Positions 30,556 through 42,195 of a stretch of DNA of 47,203 nt are shown here, piece after piece. Below the pieces are notes generated by a model that searched no databases, was not told the origin of the DNA, and saw only the letters and a program-made list of their open reading frames with translations. Origin of the DNA: an uncultured Oscillospiraceae bacterium (GTDB lineage: Bacteria > Bacillota > Clostridia > Oscillospirales > Oscillospiraceae). Each line of letters opens with the position of its first letter. Position 1 is the stretch's first letter. The DNA lies in assembly GCA_964539115.1 (NCBI GenBank), contig CAZIHY010000003.1:1-47203 (forward strand), given 5' to 3'. Position numbers and translations under genes: made by a program.

Positions 30556-33381
30556 ATGCAGGAAAAAATAATTATAAAAGGTGCAAGAGAAAATAACCTA
30601 AAAAATATAAATCTTGAAATACCGCGCGATAAACTTGTTGTTTTCACTGGACTTTCCGGAAGCGGAAAATCCAGTCTGGCTTTTGACACCATATACGCTG
30701 AGGGGCAAAGGCGATATGTTGAGAGTCTGTCGTCATATGCCAGACAGTTTCTTGGTCAGATGGACAAGCCAGACCTTGACTATATAGAGGGCTTGTCACC
30801 TGCAATTTCCATCGATCAGAAAACGACGTCCCGCAATCCCCGCTCGACAGTCGGTACAGTTACGGAGATATATGACTACCTTAGACTGCTTTGGGCGAGA
30901 ATAGGGGTACCTCATTGCCCGGTTTGTGGTAAAGAGATAAAGCAGCAGACTGTCGACCAGATCGTAGATCAGGTGCTTGAACTTCCGCAGGCGACTAGGA
31001 TACAGATCCTTGCCCCTGTTGTGCGTGCTAGGAAGGGTGAGCACCAGAAGGTTTTTGAAGACGCTTCACGTTCAGGCTATGTCCGTGTCCGAGTTGACGG
31101 AAGCATTTATGACCTTACAGAAAAGATAGAGCTTGATAAAAATAAAAAGCACAACATAGAGATCGTTGTGGACAGGTTGGTGATTCGTGAGGACCTCGGC
31201 CCCAGGCTTACCGGTTCAATAGAAACGGCTTCTGCGCTGACAGGCGGCCTTGTGATCGTCGATGTGATCGATGAGGAGAGAGAAATGCTTTTTTCTCAGA
31301 GTTATTCCTGTCCCGACTGCGGTATATCGATTGAAGAGCTTTCTCCCAGAGCTTTTTCGTTCAACAATCCATATGGAGCCTGTCCTACCTGCGGAGGCCT
31401 TGGCATACAGCTTGTCGTTGACCCGCAGCTTATCATACCAAATACTTCTCTTTCAATATTTGATGGCGGCATCTGTGCCTCCGGCTGGGGAAAGATAAAA
31501 ACTGACAGCATTGCCAGAATGTATTTTGAGGCATTGGCTAAAAAATATCGCTTTAGTCTGACCGAGCCTATAAAAAACCTCTCAAAAGAGGTAACTGATA
31601 TTATCCTCTACGGAACTAAGGGCGAAAAGCTGACGCTGCATTACGATCAGGCAAGAGGTAAGGGGACGCTGAAGCAGCCTTTCGAGGGCATTGCCAACAA
31701 CATCGAGCGCCGCTATCGTGAGACACAGAGTCCTGCGATGCGCACAGAGCTTGAAGAATGTATGTCGGAGCGCAGCTGCCCGGACTGCGGAGGCAGACGG
31801 TTGAAAAAGGATGTCCTTGCCGTTACGGTCGGCGGGATCAACATAGCCGAGTTTTGTGAGATGTCCATAACTGACGAGCTCAAGTTCATAAACAGCCTTG
31901 AGCTCACTGGGAAAGATGTCATAATTGCCGACCGGATACTAAAGGAGATCAAAAGCCGTCTTGGATTTCTCCAGAGCGTCGGTTTGCAGTATCTGTCTCT
32001 GTCACGTGCGGCGGCTACGCTCTCCGGCGGTGAGAGCCAGCGAATAAGGTTGGCAACGCAGATTGGGTCCTCGCTGATGGGCGTTCTGTACATTCTGGAC
32101 GAGCCCAGCATTGGACTGCACCAGAGGGACAATGAAAAACTCATAAAAACTCTTAATGAACTTAGAGATATAGGCAATACGCTCATTGTTGTCGAACACG
32201 ACGAGGATACTATGCGGGCTGCCGACTATATCGTGGACATTGGCCCTGGAGCGGGAGTACACGGCGGGGAGGTCGTCTGTGCCGGCACTCTTGATGATAT
32301 ATGCGCTTGTGATAGATCGATCACAGGCCAGTATCTTACGGGAGCAAAACGCATACCGATCCCGGAGCAGAGACGTTCGGGAAATGGCCACAAGCTGATA
32401 ATCCGCGGCGCTCAGGAAAATAACCTCAAGGATATAGACGTTGAGATCTGCCTCGGCGCGTTTACTTGTGTTACCGGGGTTTCAGGAAGCGGAAAGTCCT
32501 CGCTGATAAATGAAATACTTTATAAAAAACTTGCCGCCGACCTAAATCGTGTAAAGGTCCGTCCGGGAAAGTTCCGCGGAATAGAGGGAATGGAATATGT
32601 AGATAAAATAATTGCGATCGACCAAAGCCCAATCGGAAGAACACCGAGGTCAAATCCGGCCACATATACCGGTGTTTTCAACGACATACGAGAGCTCTTT
32701 GCCGGAACGAACGACGCGAAAATGCACGGTTATACCGCTGGTCGCTTCTCATTCAATGCCAAAGGCGGACGCTGTGAGGCCTGCGCCGGGGACGGCCTTG
32801 TAAAAATCGAGATGCATTTCCTGCCAGACGTCTATGTCCCGTGCGAGGTGTGCAAAGGCAAACGCTATAATCGCGAAACGCTCGAAGTCAAATATAAGGG
32901 CAAAAATATCGCGGATGTCCTTGACCTGACGGTTGAAGAAGCGCTGGAGTATTTTCAGAATATCCCAAAGATACGCGACAAAATACAGACTCTTTATGAC
33001 GTCGGACTGGGATATGTGAAGCTTGGCCAGTCGAGTACAACGCTCTCAGGCGGCGAGGCGCAGCGCGTCAAAATGGCGACTGAGCTGTCAAAGCGGAGTA
33101 CCGGAAAAACGGTATACGTTCTAGACGAGCCGACTACAGGCCTGCATGTTGCGGATGTCCACAAGCTCGTTCAGATCATCCAGCGGCTTACCGACGCCGG
33201 CAATACTGTTATCGTAATTGAGCATAATCTGGACGTTATAAAATCAGCGGATTATATTATAGATTTGGGGCCTGATGGCGGCGACGCCGGTGGAAATCTT
33301 GTTTTTTCCGGCACACCGGAGGGCTGCGCAAATTGTGCAGAGAGCGCCACTGGTGCTTTTCTCAAAAGGGTTCTGGAATAA
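30556..33381 (+). CDS. uvrA: Excinuclease ABC subunit A
   Basis: 941 aa, starting [14 protein letters not shown]. Two ABC modules (GLSGSGKSS / GVSGSGKSS; LSGGESQR / LSGGEAQR). Zn-finger CxxC pairs (CPVCG, CPDCG...CPTCGG, CPDCGG, CEAC...CEVC). Confidence 0.97.
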   Translation: MQEKIIIKGARENNLKNINLEIPRDKLVVFTGLSGSGKSSLAFDTIYAEGQRRYVESLSSYARQFLGQMDKPDLDYIEGLSPAISIDQKTTSRNPRSTVGTVTEIYDYLRLLWARIGVPHCPVCGKEIKQQTVDQIVDQVLELPQATRIQILAPVVRARKGEHQKVFEDASRSGYVRVRVDGSIYDLTEKIELDKNKKHNIEIVVDRLVIREDLGPRLTGSIETASALTGGLVIVDVIDEEREMLFSQSYSCPDCGISIEELSPRAFSFNNPYGACPTCGGLGIQLVVDPQLIIPNTSLSIFDGGICASGWGKIKTDSIARMYFEALAKKYRFSLTEPIKNLSKEVTDIILYGTKGEKLTLHYDQARGKGTLKQPFEGIANNIERRYRETQSPAMRTELEECMSERSCPDCGGRRLKKDVLAVTVGGINIAEFCEMSITDELKFINSLELTGKDVIIADRILKEIKSRLGFLQSVGLQYLSLSRAAATLSGGESQRIRLATQIGSSLMGVLYILDEPSIGLHQRDNEKLIKTLNELRDIGNTLIVVEHDEDTMRAADYIVDIGPGAGVHGGEVVCAGTLDDICACDRSITGQYLTGAKRIPIPEQRRSGNGHKLIIRGAQENNLKDIDVEICLGAFTCVTGVSGSGKSSLINEILYKKLAADLNRVKVRPGKFRGIEGMEYVDKIIAIDQSPIGRTPRSNPATYTGVFNDIRELFAGTNDAKMHGYTAGRFSFNAKGGRCEACAGDGLVKIEMHFLPDVYVPCEVCKGKRYNRETLEVKYKGKNIADVLDLTVEEALEYFQNIPKIRDKIQTLYDVGLGYVKLGQSSTTLSGGEAQRVKMATELSKRSTGKTVYVLDEPTTGLHVADVHKLVQIIQRLTDAGNTVIVIEHNLDVIKSADYIIDLGPDGGDAGGNLVFSGTPEGCANCAESATGAFLKRVLE

Positions 33382-33398
33382 AGAAGGGCGGAAGATAA

Positions 33399-33881
33399 GT
33401 GTTCGAAGAATTTCTTACAACTGATGTGGGACATTTTTTCACCACTCTGGCAGTAGCAATGCTGCCGGTTCTCGAACTTCGCGGCGCGATACCGCTTGGC
33501 ATTTCCCTTGGACTGCATCCGTGGTGTGCGCTTATTGCCGGCGTGATCGGAAATATTATTCCGTCACCGTTTATAATCATATTTATTAGGCGATTTTTTG
33601 AATGGGTTCGCAAAAAAAGCGACAGGCTTGAGCGGCTTGTCTCGAGGCTTGAAAAAAGAGCTGAAGGAAAGTGGGACAGCATCCATAAATTTCAGTTTCT
33701 GGGTTTGCTGATCCTGGTTGCAATACCTCTGCCCGGCACCGGCGCCTGGACAGGATCTCTTGTAGCCGCAATAGCCAATATGCGTATTAAAAATGCTCTC
33801 CCTGCGATTATAATCGGGGTTATAATTGCCGGTTTTTTGATAACCGGCTTGAGTGTTGGCTTTGCCGCCATTCTAAGTTGA
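33399..33881 (+). CDS. Small membrane protein, COG2426 / small multidrug-export-like family
   Basis: LAVAMLPVLELRGAIPLGISLGL...LPGTGAWTGSL pattern with 4 TM segments. GTG start. Confidence 0.6.
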   Translation: MFEEFLTTDVGHFFTTLAVAMLPVLELRGAIPLGISLGLHPWCALIAGVIGNIIPSPFIIIFIRRFFEWVRKKSDRLERLVSRLEKRAEGKWDSIHKFQFLGLLILVAIPLPGTGAWTGSLVAAIANMRIKNALPAIIIGVIIAGFLITGLSVGFAAILS

Positions 33882-33925
33882 CCCATTTCGCTCCAGCGGC
33901 ATAGTATGTTGCGGGAGGGAATGAT

Positions 33926-34249
33926 ATGGTACGGGAAATTCTTATTTCTTTTTTTGTTTGTGCAGCGCTTCTGTCATTTACCTGGTATCTAAAGTCTCTG
34001 CTGCTTAAACCGCTAAAACCCGGAGACTGCATCGATATCCATATCAGCGTCAGTGCACGGGACTATGCGCCGGAGCTTGAAAATACGGTTAGAACACTTG
34101 TCTGGCTTTCAGTTAATGGAACCATACCGGCCGAGATAGAAATCGTAGATCTTGGAATGGATGAGGAAACGTTGGCGATCGCGCAGGCGCTTGCAAAAGA
34201 TAACAACATCGAACTGCGGAGGGTTCCGGATGGAAGAAAAGCTACTTGA
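33926..34249 (+). CDS. Hypothetical membrane-anchored protein
   Basis: 107-aa ORF with an N-terminal TM (ILISFFVCAALLSFTWYL). No motif recognised. Its 3' end overlaps the recD2 start. Confidence 0.4.
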   Translation: MVREILISFFVCAALLSFTWYLKSLLLKPLKPGDCIDIHISVSARDYAPELENTVRTLVWLSVNGTIPAEIEIVDLGMDEETLAIAQALAKDNNIELRRVPDGRKAT

Positions 34250-36449
34250 TTGTATATCCGGACAAATCAATACTGTCATATATGAAAATGATGAGAACGG
34301 CTATTCGGTTTTTACCATACTCGATAACAGCGGGGAAGAGATAACCGTAACAGGGTATATTCCTTTTGCCTCGGTCGGTGAAAGGGTGGAGATCTCTGGT
34401 CAGTGGACCACTCACGCAACTTACGGACGTCAGTTTCGAGCAGAGCGCGCAAATCGCAGTGTGCCGATGGGCGAGGAAGCAATTTATGAATTCCTCGCCA
34501 GCCGCGCAATTAAGGGAATAGGTGCAGCAACTGCTGCGGTAATAGTTTCTCGCTTTTCCGACAAGAGCCTTGAAATTATTGAAAACCATCCAGAGGAGCT
34601 TGCTGCCATAAAAGGGATCTCCCTCCGTAAAGCCAAGGAGATCTCTGAAGAATACCGTCGGAGGATGGGAATAAGACGGCTTCTGGATTTTATGGGGAAT
34701 TATGGGCTTCGTCCGTCTCTTGCGCTGAGGCTGTATAAATATTACGGCAACAGAGCAGTTGAGATGCTAAAGGAGAACCCCTACATTCTTTCTTCCGATC
34801 ATATAGGCGCCGATTTTCATGAGACTGACGAATTTGCCGTAAGGCTTGGTTTTGAACCCGATGATCCGGCAAGGGTATCTGCGGCGATCATATACGAGCT
34901 TATACATAATCAGTCTAACGGCCACTGTTTTATCCCGGAGGAAAAGCTTGTCGCCGTGACCTCACAGCTTATAGGTGTTGAATCAGAGGCCGTATTCGAG
35001 GGGCTGGAGATGCTGTATGACAGCGAAGAGGTAATACGTGAGGATATTGCAGGGGTACACGCTTGCTATCTTGCCAGACTGCATGAGGCTGAGGCTTATA
35101 CTGCAAATCGCCTGTTTCAAATGGCCTCGCAGCGCGATGTCCTTCCGGATAATATGGAGGCAATAACCTCTGCTCTTGAGTCGAAGCTCAACATAAAATA
35201 TGCACCGAAGCAAAAAGAGACTCTTTGTACGGCAGCCGAAGAACGTGTCATGATAATAACAGGAGGCCCGGGCACTGGTAAGACGACGACCATACGCGCG
35301 ATATTGGCAATGTATGACAGACTTGGTATAGAAACTCTGCTTGCGGCGCCAACAGGACGCGCCGCAAAAAGGCTCGGCGAGGTATGTAACAGGGAAGCTC
35401 AGACGATACACAGACTGCTTGGAGCCGGTTTTTCTCCGGATGGGGAATATGTAGCTTTCAAAAAAAATCAGGACGATCCACTCAAATGTGATGCAATTAT
35501 CCTTGACGAGTGCTCAATGGTTGATATAATGCTGATGAGGGCTCTTTTGTGTGCGTTGCCGCAAAACTGCCGCATTGTGCTTGTCGGCGACGCAGACCAG
35601 CTTCCCTCGGTCGGACCCGGAAATGTGTTCAGGGATATTATACGTTCCAACGCTGTTCCTGTTGTCAAACTGACAGAGGTATTCAGACAGGCAGAGGAAA
35701 GTAGGATCGTTATGTATTCGCACGGGATAAATCGTGGAGAGCATCCTGATTTTCATGAAAACAAGGGTGATTTTTTCCTTTTGCGGCGTGCAGATCCTGC
35801 CAGGATAACGGAAACTGTTATCCAGCTCTGCCGCGACCGCCTTCCCAATAATATGGGCATCATGCCGAGCGAGATCCAGGTACTCTGCCCGACAAGACTG
35901 TACGAATCGGGCACAAAAAACCTTAACATATTGCTTCAGCGTGCGCTGAATCCCCCAGCTGAGGACAAGCCACAGTTGATGTTCGGAGACCGGGTTTTCA
36001 GACTGGGCGACCGTGTAATGCAGATCAAGAACAATTATGAGGTCATCTGCAAAAATGTACTTGGGCAGACGGTTGGAATGGGAATTTTCAACGGAGATGT
36101 AGGGATCATTTCCGCCGTTAGTCCAGCGGATGGCATGATACAGGTAGATTTTGACGGTAAATTTGTCGAATATGGTGCAGACAATCTTCCTGAATTGGAG
36201 CACGCATTTGCAATAACTGTCCATAAATCACAGGGCAGTGAATATCGGGCGGTGATTTTGCCTATCGGCAAGGTGCCTTCAGTACTCCGCACGCGCGGTG
36301 TGCTTTACACAGCAATAACAAGGGCAAGGGAGCTGCTGATTCTTGTCGGCAGCGAAGAAACCATAAATCAGATGATAGATAATCATAAACAGACCGGCAG
36401 ATACAGCGGCCTTCGCGCCAGATTGGCGGCGCTCAACGAAGGTGCTTGA
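34230..36449 (+). CDS. recD2: RecD2-type ATP-dependent DNA helicase (RecD/TraA family)
   Basis: Typical N-terminus (INTVIYENDENGYSVF). Walker A GGPGTGKTT, DEXX-like ILDECSM, VGDADQLPSVGPG, and C-terminal HKSQGSE...LYTAITRAR. The preferred start is ATG 34230; the track ORF is extended to 34152. Confidence 0.9.
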   Translation: MEEKLLDCISGQINTVIYENDENGYSVFTILDNSGEEITVTGYIPFASVGERVEISGQWTTHATYGRQFRAERANRSVPMGEEAIYEFLASRAIKGIGAATAAVIVSRFSDKSLEIIENHPEELAAIKGISLRKAKEISEEYRRRMGIRRLLDFMGNYGLRPSLALRLYKYYGNRAVEMLKENPYILSSDHIGADFHETDEFAVRLGFEPDDPARVSAAIIYELIHNQSNGHCFIPEEKLVAVTSQLIGVESEAVFEGLEMLYDSEEVIREDIAGVHACYLARLHEAEAYTANRLFQMASQRDVLPDNMEAITSALESKLNIKYAPKQKETLCTAAEERVMIITGGPGTGKTTTIRAILAMYDRLGIETLLAAPTGRAAKRLGEVCNREAQTIHRLLGAGFSPDGEYVAFKKNQDDPLKCDAIILDECSMVDIMLMRALLCALPQNCRIVLVGDADQLPSVGPGNVFRDIIRSNAVPVVKLTEVFRQAEESRIVMYSHGINRGEHPDFHENKGDFFLLRRADPARITETVIQLCRDRLPNNMGIMPSEIQVLCPTRLYESGTKNLNILLQRALNPPAEDKPQLMFGDRVFRLGDRVMQIKNNYEVICKNVLGQTVGMGIFNGDVGIISAVSPADGMIQVDFDGKFVEYGADNLPELEHAFAITVHKSQGSEYRAVILPIGKVPSVLRTRGVLYTAITRARELLILVGSEETINQMIDNHKQTGRYSGLRARLAALNEGA

Positions 36450-36480
36450 TAAAATTAGGTTGCTTAACAGAGGTGTGATT

Positions 36481-37134
36481 ATGGGGATTTTGTCCAATCT
36501 TTTAGATTTGCTTTTTCCACCGCGGTGCGTTTTCTGTCACAAGTTCCTAAAGGGCAATTCTTTGGAGCCTATTTGCCCTAAGTGCCGTTCCTCGCTGCCC
36601 CGCACAAATAATGGAGGCAGACAGAAGGGGGACTTTTTTGAATACTGTGTCTCACCATTATATTATGAGGATGATGTGCGCAAATCGATCCACCGATTTA
36701 AGTTTGGAGAATGCACCGGCTATGCCGGGACGTATGGCAAATTGATCGCTGAGTGCATAAGAGATAATGTTGACGAAAAATATGATTTAATTACATGGGC
36801 TCCTATTTCCAGAAAACGATTGAAAAACCGTGGATATGACCAGTCCATGCTTATAGCGATGGCCGCAGCACTCGAATTGGACGATGTTGCTGTTGAAACG
36901 CTGAGAAAACGTGATGTGCCGGCCCAATCCACCCTTGGCGGAGAGGCTCAGCGGCGTGCCAACATTGCCGGAGCATATACTGTGATAGACACTGAGCTTG
37001 TAGAGGGTAAAAAACTCCTGCTCATTGACGACGTGATCACAACCGGCGCGACGCTCTCAGAATGTTCACGCATGCTCAGAATGGCTGGCGCTGATAAAGT
37101 GATCTGTGCCGCTGTGGCTCGCTCGCGTGACTGA
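36481..37134 (+). CDS. comFC: ComF-family phosphoribosyltransferase-like protein (ComFC)
   Basis: N-terminal Zn-binding CVFC...CPKC and PRTase motif LLLIDDVITTGATL. Conserved position after recD2. Confidence 0.75.
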   Translation: MGILSNLLDLLFPPRCVFCHKFLKGNSLEPICPKCRSSLPRTNNGGRQKGDFFEYCVSPLYYEDDVRKSIHRFKFGECTGYAGTYGKLIAECIRDNVDEKYDLITWAPISRKRLKNRGYDQSMLIAMAAALELDDVAVETLRKRDVPAQSTLGGEAQRRANIAGAYTVIDTELVEGKKLLLIDDVITTGATLSECSRMLRMAGADKVICAAVARSRD

Positions 37135-37248
37135 ATTTATGAATTAACGTCCATGATAGATCTGAGGATGAGTAAACCCAATGTTCATGCTTCGGGAACC
37201 TCCGTATAATGCGGCAATACTTAAACGTACACTGTAAAAGGAGAAAAT

Positions 37249-38280
37249 ATGGTCTTTTTTGAAAGAGATATTGCGATAGATCTTGGAACGGCAATGACGC
37301 TGTTCTATATTCGAGGAAAGGGCATTGCGCTGCGCGAGCCTACTGTTGTTGCGGTCGATAAGCAAAACGGCAGACTTTTGAAGGTTGGAGAAGATGCGCA
37401 GAAAATGCTTGGCCGTACGCCTGCCAATATAGTTGCAGTGCACCCCATCGCAAATGGCGTAATTTCTGATTACGACATGACCTCTGCAATGCTCAAGGAG
37501 CTCATTTCAAAAATAACTTCATTTAGTTTCTTCAAACCCCGAGTGATCGTATGTGTTCCCAGCAGCATCACAGGGGTAGAGGAAAGGGCCATTATAGACG
37601 CAAGCATCGAGGCAGGTGCAAGGAAGGTCTATCTTCTCGAAAAGTCTGTAGCAGTTGCGATGGGCGCTGGGCTTGATATCTCTAAACCGGATGGACATAT
37701 GGTCGTTGATATTGGCGCAGGAACAACGGAGATCGCTGTCGTTTCCCTCGGCGGAGTCGTTGAGTGCGAGTCGATTAAATATGCCGGAGATGAGTTTGAC
37801 GAGGCCATTATCAAATATATCCGCCGGAAACACAATCTGCTGATAGGCAGCCGCACGGCAGAAGAGCTAAAGCTCAGTATAGGCTGTGTTTATCCGCGAG
37901 ATGAGATCAGCTATGAGGAGGTCAAGGGGCGCTGCCTGATGACCGGTCTGCCGCGTTCCGTAAACATAAGCTCCAACGATATGATCGAGGCGTTGGAGGA
38001 ACCCTCGGCACGTATTCTCGAAACACTGCATATTGTTCTTGAGCGTACACCGCCTGAACTTATTGCCGATATTTCCGAAAACGGTATAGTAATGTCGGGA
38101 GGCGGAAGCCTGATCTGGGGTATGGACAAGCTTGTGCAGAGCAGGACCGGAATCAACACAACTGTTGTCGATGATGCTGTATCATGTGCCGCCTATGGTG
38201 CGGGAAAAATGCTTCAAAAGCTTAGCGATATGCAAGATGGCATGATAAACCTCGCCCGCAGAAGGCAAATGAAGGGCTGA
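37249..38280 (+). CDS. mreB: Rod-shape-determining actin homolog MreB/Mbl
   Basis: DIAIDLGTAMTLFY, VVDIGAGTTEIAV, GDEFDEAI and IVMSGGGSL motifs of the MreB family. Confidence 0.9.
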   Translation: MVFFERDIAIDLGTAMTLFYIRGKGIALREPTVVAVDKQNGRLLKVGEDAQKMLGRTPANIVAVHPIANGVISDYDMTSAMLKELISKITSFSFFKPRVIVCVPSSITGVEERAIIDASIEAGARKVYLLEKSVAVAMGAGLDISKPDGHMVVDIGAGTTEIAVVSLGGVVECESIKYAGDEFDEAIIKYIRRKHNLLIGSRTAEELKLSIGCVYPRDEISYEEVKGRCLMTGLPRSVNISSNDMIEALEEPSARILETLHIVLERTPPELIADISENGIVMSGGGSLIWGMDKLVQSRTGINTTVVDDAVSCAAYGAGKMLQKLSDMQDGMINLARRRQMKG

Positions 38281-38350
38281 CTTTTTTGTTAGAGCGCAAA
38301 AATATGAAAAAGTGTTCTTGCTATATAACTTACAAAAAATAACGAAAAAA

Positions 38351-38390
38351 GCAGATAACAGACTGTTTCCCTAAACAGTCTGTTATCTGC
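38351..38390. terminator. Bidirectional intrinsic terminator
   Basis: GCAGATAACAGACTGTTT-ccct-AAACAGTCTGTTATCTGC, an 18-bp perfect stem flanked by AAAAAA upstream and TTTT downstream. Confidence 0.85.
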
Positions 38391-38409
38391 TTTTCAGCAA
38401 TAATATTTG

Positions 38410-39345
38410 TCAAATGCCGATCTTATCATTTACCCATGCCAAAATATCTCCGTATACCTGTTCGCGGTTGAGTTCGTTGAGCATTTCGTGACGCCCGCCG
38501 GGATAGAGCTTAAGCGTCACATCCTTCATACCGGATGCGATAAATTTACGGTATGCACGCATGACGCCGCGTCCCATTTCGCCCACAGGATCGGAATCAC
38601 CGGAAAAGAAGTAGACAGGCAGATCCTTTTTCATACGTTCGAGATTCCTATTGCTGCTTATAAATTCAATGCCGCCCATAAGGGCGAGGAAAAGTCCAGA
38701 CGTTGCCATAAATCCACAGAATTTATCAGCAACATATTTGTCGACCTGCTCTTCATCGCGGCTTAGCCAGTCATAGGTGGTGTGCGGATGCGCTATGCCG
38801 TCATTGTAGCTGCCAAATGCAAGCTTATCAAGAAACTCGCTGCGATATGCCGCACCGTGCTTTCTGACCTCGTATTCGGCCATCAGTTTTCCGGCCTTTA
38901 CGATAGCTGGAGCTTGTTGTCCTGTTCCACTTATGATAACTGCGTCAAGCCCTGTACGCCAATTTATGATATAAGTCCTTGTGAGAAAACTTCCCATGCT
39001 GTGACCAAAAAGCACATATGGCAGGTCAGGATACTTCTCCTTTTCCAATTCTGTGAGCTTGCGCATGTCGGCACAAGCGATCTGCCATCCGCCGCTTTCT
39101 CCAAAATAGCCCAGTTCTGATTCGTTGGACACGGTTTTTCCATGTCCTATGTGGTCGTTTCCTACACATACGAAGCCATTCCGCGCAAGGAAATTTGCAA
39201 AGTCATCATAGCGGGCTATATGCTCTGCTATGCCATGCGCAATCTGTATAACGCCTCGGGCATCGCCATCTGGCAGCCATTCACGAACATATATTTCATT
39301 TTTGCCTCCGGAGGAGGTGAAGGTAAACTCATTTAAAGTAGGCAT
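38410..39345 (-). CDS. Alpha/beta hydrolase (lysophospholipase/monoacylglycerol-lipase-like)
   Basis: HGIAEH oxyanion region, nucleophile elbow GHSMGS, and C-terminal GGRHE His region. AAAGGTGG RBS. Confidence 0.8.
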   Translation of the reverse strand: MPTLNEFTFTSSGGKNEIYVREWLPDGDARGVIQIAHGIAEHIARYDDFANFLARNGFVCVGNDHIGHGKTVSNESELGYFGESGGWQIACADMRKLTELEKEKYPDLPYVLFGHSMGSFLTRTYIINWRTGLDAVIISGTGQQAPAIVKAGKLMAEYEVRKHGAAYRSEFLDKLAFGSYNDGIAHPHTTYDWLSRDEEQVDKYVADKFCGFMATSGLFLALMGGIEFISSNRNLERMKKDLPVYFFSGDSDPVGEMGRGVMRAYRKFIASGMKDVTLKLYPGGRHEMLNELNREQVYGDILAWVNDKIGI

Positions 39346-39433
39346 TTAAAAACCACCTTTTTCGTGTTATTATGATATTGATATTTTACGCATTTATTCT
39401 CGTAAAGTCAACTTTTCAATTGGAGGAATTGCA

Positions 39434-40936
39434 GTGAACGGTTATGTCATGGCTCTGGACCAGGGAACCACAAGCTCACGCGCTATTATTTTTGATAGCA
39501 AAGGCGAAATTGTAACGCTTGCCCAATATCCCTTTAAGCAGATTTATCCCAAGCCAGGCTGGGTGGAGCACGATCCTATGACAATACTTGACAGTCAGCT
39601 TCATGCGATGAGCGAGGCCTTTGAAAAAAGCGCTCTTTCTCCTACTGATATAGCGGGAATCGGCATAACTAACCAACGCGAAACGGCTATTGTTTGGAAT
39701 AAAAACACAGGCAAGCCGGTATATAACGCTATTGTGTGGCAGTGCCGCAGAACAGCTGGAATATGTGACGAACTCACGGCAGACGGCATGGGGGCGTATA
39801 TCCGCGATAAGACCGGACTTCTTATCGACGCTTATTTCTCCGGGACAAAAATCAAGTGGATACTAGACAATGTTGAAGGGGCCAGAAAACAGGCCGAGAG
39901 CGGGGAACTGCTGTTTGGAACCGTTGACAGCTGGCTAATTTGGAATCTTACAGGCGGAAAGGTCCATGTATCGGACTACTCAAATGCTTCCAGAACGATG
40001 CTTTTCAATATTGATTCGCTTTGCTGGGACGAATGGCTGTGCAAGCGCCTGGGAATACCGATGTCGATGCTTCCTGAACCTGTCCCCAACTCTATGGAAT
40101 ACGGCAGGGTAGCGCGCGGCATAACCGGAATCGAAGCGTTGGCAGGGGTCCCTATTTGTGGCTCTGCAGGAGACCAGGCGGCTGCTCTGCTCGGACAGGG
40201 ATGCATTGAGAAGGGACAAGCCAAGAATACATATGGGACAGGCTGTTTTACGCTTATGAACGCGGGAAGTACTTCTGTACGATCGGTTTCCGGACTTGTA
40301 ACCAGCGTCGCTTGGTCTATCAGTGGTAAAACAACGTATGCCTTAGAGGGAAGCGTATTTAACGCTGGTTCTTCCATACAATGGCTTCGTGATGAACTGG
40401 GAGTTATAAAAACCGCGCATGAGTGTGATGTTCTGGCTGAAAGCGTGCCGGACAATGGAGGGGTTTATATGGTGTCGGCATTCACCGGGCTTGGCGCCCC
40501 GCGCTGGGACATGTATGCCCGCGGCACGATACTCGGCCTCACAAGGGGCAGCACCAAGGCGCATCTGGCAAGGGCGGTGCTTGAAGGGATAGCTTTTCAG
40601 GTACGTGATCTTCTCGACTGCATGGAGACTGACTCCGGAAACCGGCTGTCAGTCCTGCGTGTCGACGGCGGTGCCTCGGTCAGCGCTTTTATGATGCAAT
40701 TTCAAGCAGATATGCTTAGGCGGCCTATAGACCGGCCCCGTATGGTTGAAACGACCGCCTTTGGTGCAGCCTTTCTGGCGGGACTGGCCTCCGGTATGTG
40801 GTCAGATATTTCAGAAATTGAAAAGCTGAGAATATCAGAACGCATTTTCGAACCTGAAATGCCCGAAAATGCAAGGGAAGAACTGCTTGCCGGCTGGAGA
40901 AAAGCTGTCGCAAGAGCTCAAAATTGGGCAGACTGA
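39434..40936 (+). CDS. glpK: Glycerol kinase
   Basis: [37 protein letters not shown] and TYGTGCF, the FGGY kinase signatures of GlpK. GTG start after GGAGG. Confidence 0.95.
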   Translation: MNGYVMALDQGTTSSRAIIFDSKGEIVTLAQYPFKQIYPKPGWVEHDPMTILDSQLHAMSEAFEKSALSPTDIAGIGITNQRETAIVWNKNTGKPVYNAIVWQCRRTAGICDELTADGMGAYIRDKTGLLIDAYFSGTKIKWILDNVEGARKQAESGELLFGTVDSWLIWNLTGGKVHVSDYSNASRTMLFNIDSLCWDEWLCKRLGIPMSMLPEPVPNSMEYGRVARGITGIEALAGVPICGSAGDQAAALLGQGCIEKGQAKNTYGTGCFTLMNAGSTSVRSVSGLVTSVAWSISGKTTYALEGSVFNAGSSIQWLRDELGVIKTAHECDVLAESVPDNGGVYMVSAFTGLGAPRWDMYARGTILGLTRGSTKAHLARAVLEGIAFQVRDLLDCMETDSGNRLSVLRVDGGASVSAFMMQFQADMLRRPIDRPRMVETTAFGAAFLAGLASGMWSDISEIEKLRISERIFEPEMPENAREELLAGWRKAVARAQNWAD

Positions 40937-42111
40937 GAGACGAGTTCAAGAAGTTTTTCCCGGCGGTTATCTGCCGGAAATACGATTACATGCTCAAGCA
41001 GGCGGCTTAGTGTAAGGCCGATATTACTGCCTGTTATTCCGATGGAGGCAATATCATTTCCATTGACGGCTAGTTCGGACAGCGTCATGCATTCGCCTGA
41101 GGACAAAACCTCTGCCAGCATTTTGACATGGCCGGACTTATACAATATATCCATGCTGGAAGCGGCGCAAATTGCCGCTTCCATTCCGTTTTGGGAAACG
41201 ATGCGCTTCCACTCTACAGGAGAACATATATTCATCTTAGCGGCGGTATTCGCGCCATATGCGGCGTTTTTGACAGTTTTTCTATCCAGCTTCAGCTTCT
41301 GTAAAAACTTTTCGGGGTCAATTATGCAGCCTGTTTTTATCATTTCAGAGCTCGCCGCGGACCAGCGAATATCGGGAGATTTTTTCAGACAGTTGATTTT
41401 CGACAAATCTAAAGCTTTTCGGTCGTTAATATAATTGTCTATAAGCCCTATGTCAATAAGACTTGACAGCATTTCCGGGCATGGTGATAATAGTATCTTT
41501 TGGATTTCATCCCTGACACGCTCTGCGGATAGCTTTTGCACATTTGATGCAAGCCGTGCTATTGAAGAATAAGTTTCATCCTCGATTGAAAAGGCCAATT
41601 GAGCAGAAAATCTCATTGCGCGCAGCATGCGAAGCGCATCTTCGGAAAATCTCTTTTCCGGCTCACCCACACATCGAATTATTTTCTTTTTTAGGTCTTC
41701 AACGCCTTTGAATGGGTCTATAATATTACCGCGAATATCCGCAGCCATAGCATTTATAGTAAAGTCCCGACGCGACAAATCGCCTTTTATTGTATCAAGA
41801 AAATGCACGCTGTCGGGTCGTCTTGAATCGGTGTAATCCCCGTCTGTACGGAAGGTCGTGACTTCTAAAAGGCGCCCCTCGGATCGGACAGTGACCGTGC
41901 CGTGTTTTATTCCAGTGGGGATACTGCGTGGAAATAGGCTGATAATATCATCAGGCCTCGCTGATGTGCAAACATCGTAGTCATTTACCCTTCGGCCGAG
42001 CAACATGTCGCGCACACATCCGCCAACGGCGTATGCTTTAAATCCGGCATCTTCAAGACGTTGGAGCACTTTGACCGCGTATTTTGGAATTCTGATCGCA
42101 TCCATCTGCAT
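40918..42111 (-). CDS. cca: CCA-adding tRNA nucleotidyltransferase / poly(A) polymerase family protein
   Basis: [18 protein letters not shown] head domain and [10 protein letters not shown] motif, 397 aa. The 3' end overlaps glpK by 19 nt. Confidence 0.8.
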   Translation of the reverse strand: MQMDAIRIPKYAVKVLQRLEDAGFKAYAVGGCVRDMLLGRRVNDYDVCTSARPDDIISLFPRSIPTGIKHGTVTVRSEGRLLEVTTFRTDGDYTDSRRPDSVHFLDTIKGDLSRRDFTINAMAADIRGNIIDPFKGVEDLKKKIIRCVGEPEKRFSEDALRMLRAMRFSAQLAFSIEDETYSSIARLASNVQKLSAERVRDEIQKILLSPCPEMLSSLIDIGLIDNYINDRKALDLSKINCLKKSPDIRWSAASSEMIKTGCIIDPEKFLQKLKLDRKTVKNAAYGANTAAKMNICSPVEWKRIVSQNGMEAAICAASSMDILYKSGHVKMLAEVLSSGECMTLSELAVNGNDIASIGITGSNIGLTLSRLLEHVIVFPADNRREKLLELVSQSAQF

Positions 42112-42195
42112 TATTCTGCCCCTTTTACACTTGTAAATCGCAATTTATAAGATTATAATATGAAAAGATTTTTTTTACAATAAGGAGCAATAACT

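Noticed and set aside
35514-36224. 236-aa minus-strand ORF inside recD2, plus similar antisense ORFs at 1551-2105, 485-1003, 31713-32186, 39976-40455 and 42649-43209
   Set aside because: All lie opposite genes with strong family motifs. They have no RBS or recognisable domains and have odd composition, so I treat them as shadow ORFs.
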